Position numbers and translations under genes: made by a program
In this document: piece by piece, positions 35,300 through 36,334 of the stretch
Layout of the letters: each line of letters opens with the position of its first letter
How positions within the stretch are numbered: position 1 is the stretch's first letter
Assembly: GCA_038087875.1 (NCBI GenBank)
Contig: JAXLNO010000085.1
Span: 62,001 to 98,334 of the forward strand
Length of the DNA stretch: 36,334 bases
Source: Malacoraja senta
Lineage: Eukaryota
Direction: 5' to 3'
Notes under the pieces: generated by a model
Seen by the model: only the letters and a program-made list of their open reading frames with translations
Database searches by the model: none
What the model was told of the DNA's origin: nothing

Positions 35300-36137
35300 A
35301 ATCATACGGCAGTTGCAGCGGGGGGGGGGCTCTGCGGCGTCACATACACACAAACCACCCCCCATGATATTATATCATTATGCATTTGCTCCTTTTTACC
35401 CTATCCATGCCCTATCCACTGACGCATAGCCCCCACCTCGCAGGCGCGTCTAGAGGGAGGGGGTAGAGGGGGGGAAGGGGGGGTGGGGGGAAGGGGAGGC
35501 CTCGGAAGCCCTCGGAAGCCCAACCAAATTACTGCGTGTTCAGCGGCTTCAATCCAGAGCCCTGGGGGTTGAGGGCGGCTGGGCTGCAGGCTGGGCGGGG
35601 CAGAGCGGACGGTTGGCCGAGTGAGAGTCGACTGCGAACGGGAGGCAACAAAATGGGGGGTTAACGTAACTTGTCAGCGGCTTCAATCTAGAGCCCGGGG
35701 GGAGGGGGGGGGAGTGAAAGAGGGCGTCTGGGCTGCGTGCGGCTGGGCTGCGGGCAGAGCGGACAGCCGGCCGAGTGCGAGTCCACAGCGAGTTGGGGGG
35801 GTTAATGTAATTCGCAGCTCATGCAAAAACAGTGCCCAGCAGGCGGCGCTTTGAAAACTGTGCGCAGCTGGCCGTGAGGAGCAGAGCCATTGTAACGTCA
35901 TCAGCTTTAAAAAAAGATCTCAGATTTGTGAATAATTTTAATAAATAACTGGGAAATAATGAATAAAATTTTCAGATGAGGCGATTTTTTAGATCATGAG
36001 GTAAATCTCTATCGGAATATGTAAAAATGTCACTGCTAGCGCGTCGTGTTTTCGAGGAGATGCGAATCACAGACACACAAATAAATACACACAAATTCAC
36101 AAATACATCCACATCCAAGATCAGATTTTATAAGTAT
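35300..36137 (-). mobile_element. Helitron-like element, unit 1
   Basis: 5' end TATACTTATAAAATCTGATCTTG; shares CCCTATCCACTGACGCATAGCCCC..CTCGCAGGCGCGTCT with unit 2 about 880 bp away; left boundary approximate. Confidence 0.55.
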
Positions 36138-36138
36138 A

Positions 36139-36334
36139 CTAGACCAAGTGCAGACCCGTCGGGTCTGTTCCCCCAACGTGTGGTTGCGGGCGGGGGGGGG
36201 GCATGCGGCCTCACACACACTAACTACCCCCCCGCACACACGCTAACTACCCCCCTTGATATATACATATGGCTCCTTTTACCCCATAATCACCCTATCC
36301 ACTGACGCATAGCCCCCAACTCGCAGGCGCGTCT
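36139..36334 (-). mobile_element. Helitron-like element, unit 2 (3' end; runs off window)
   Basis: Minus strand CAGACCC-GAC-GGGTCTG hairpin, 8-nt spacer, CTAG|T terminus. Confidence 0.7.

Overview
Eukaryotic, repeat-dense window, most likely from a cartilaginous fish (skate/ray-type CR1, Penelope and Helitron-like repeats; organism is an inference). The only host gene I can support is the 3' half of GTF2A1L (ALF, the germ-cell TFIIA alpha/beta-like factor) on the minus strand. Four exons are visible (35016-34396, 33494-33222, 10736-10647, 8055-7948), all with canonical GT-AG sites. The largest exon does not read through as given (frameshift plus TAA at 34895-34897). The 22.5-kb intron (10737-33221) is a stack of nested mobile elements: a Penelope element with an 11-bp TSD and a hammerhead-ribozyme core; a Tc1 (DD34E, IR/DR) transposon; a Tx1-type ORF1 with no ORF2; Rex1/Babar RT pieces; a CR1 split by a hAT-type element that is itself split by an element with a 7-bp TSD; and Helitron-like elements. 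The most notable object is a 4,985-bp class I endogenous retrovirus inserted into the left TIR of the Tc1. Its two 519-bp LTRs look identical and its PBS/PPT are preserved, but the interior is a decayed mosaic: no RT seen, two different integrase tails, a host repeat fragment and an env-TM remnant. This fits a young non-autonomous ERV mobilised in trans. No prokaryote-type systems (CRISPR, operons) are present.
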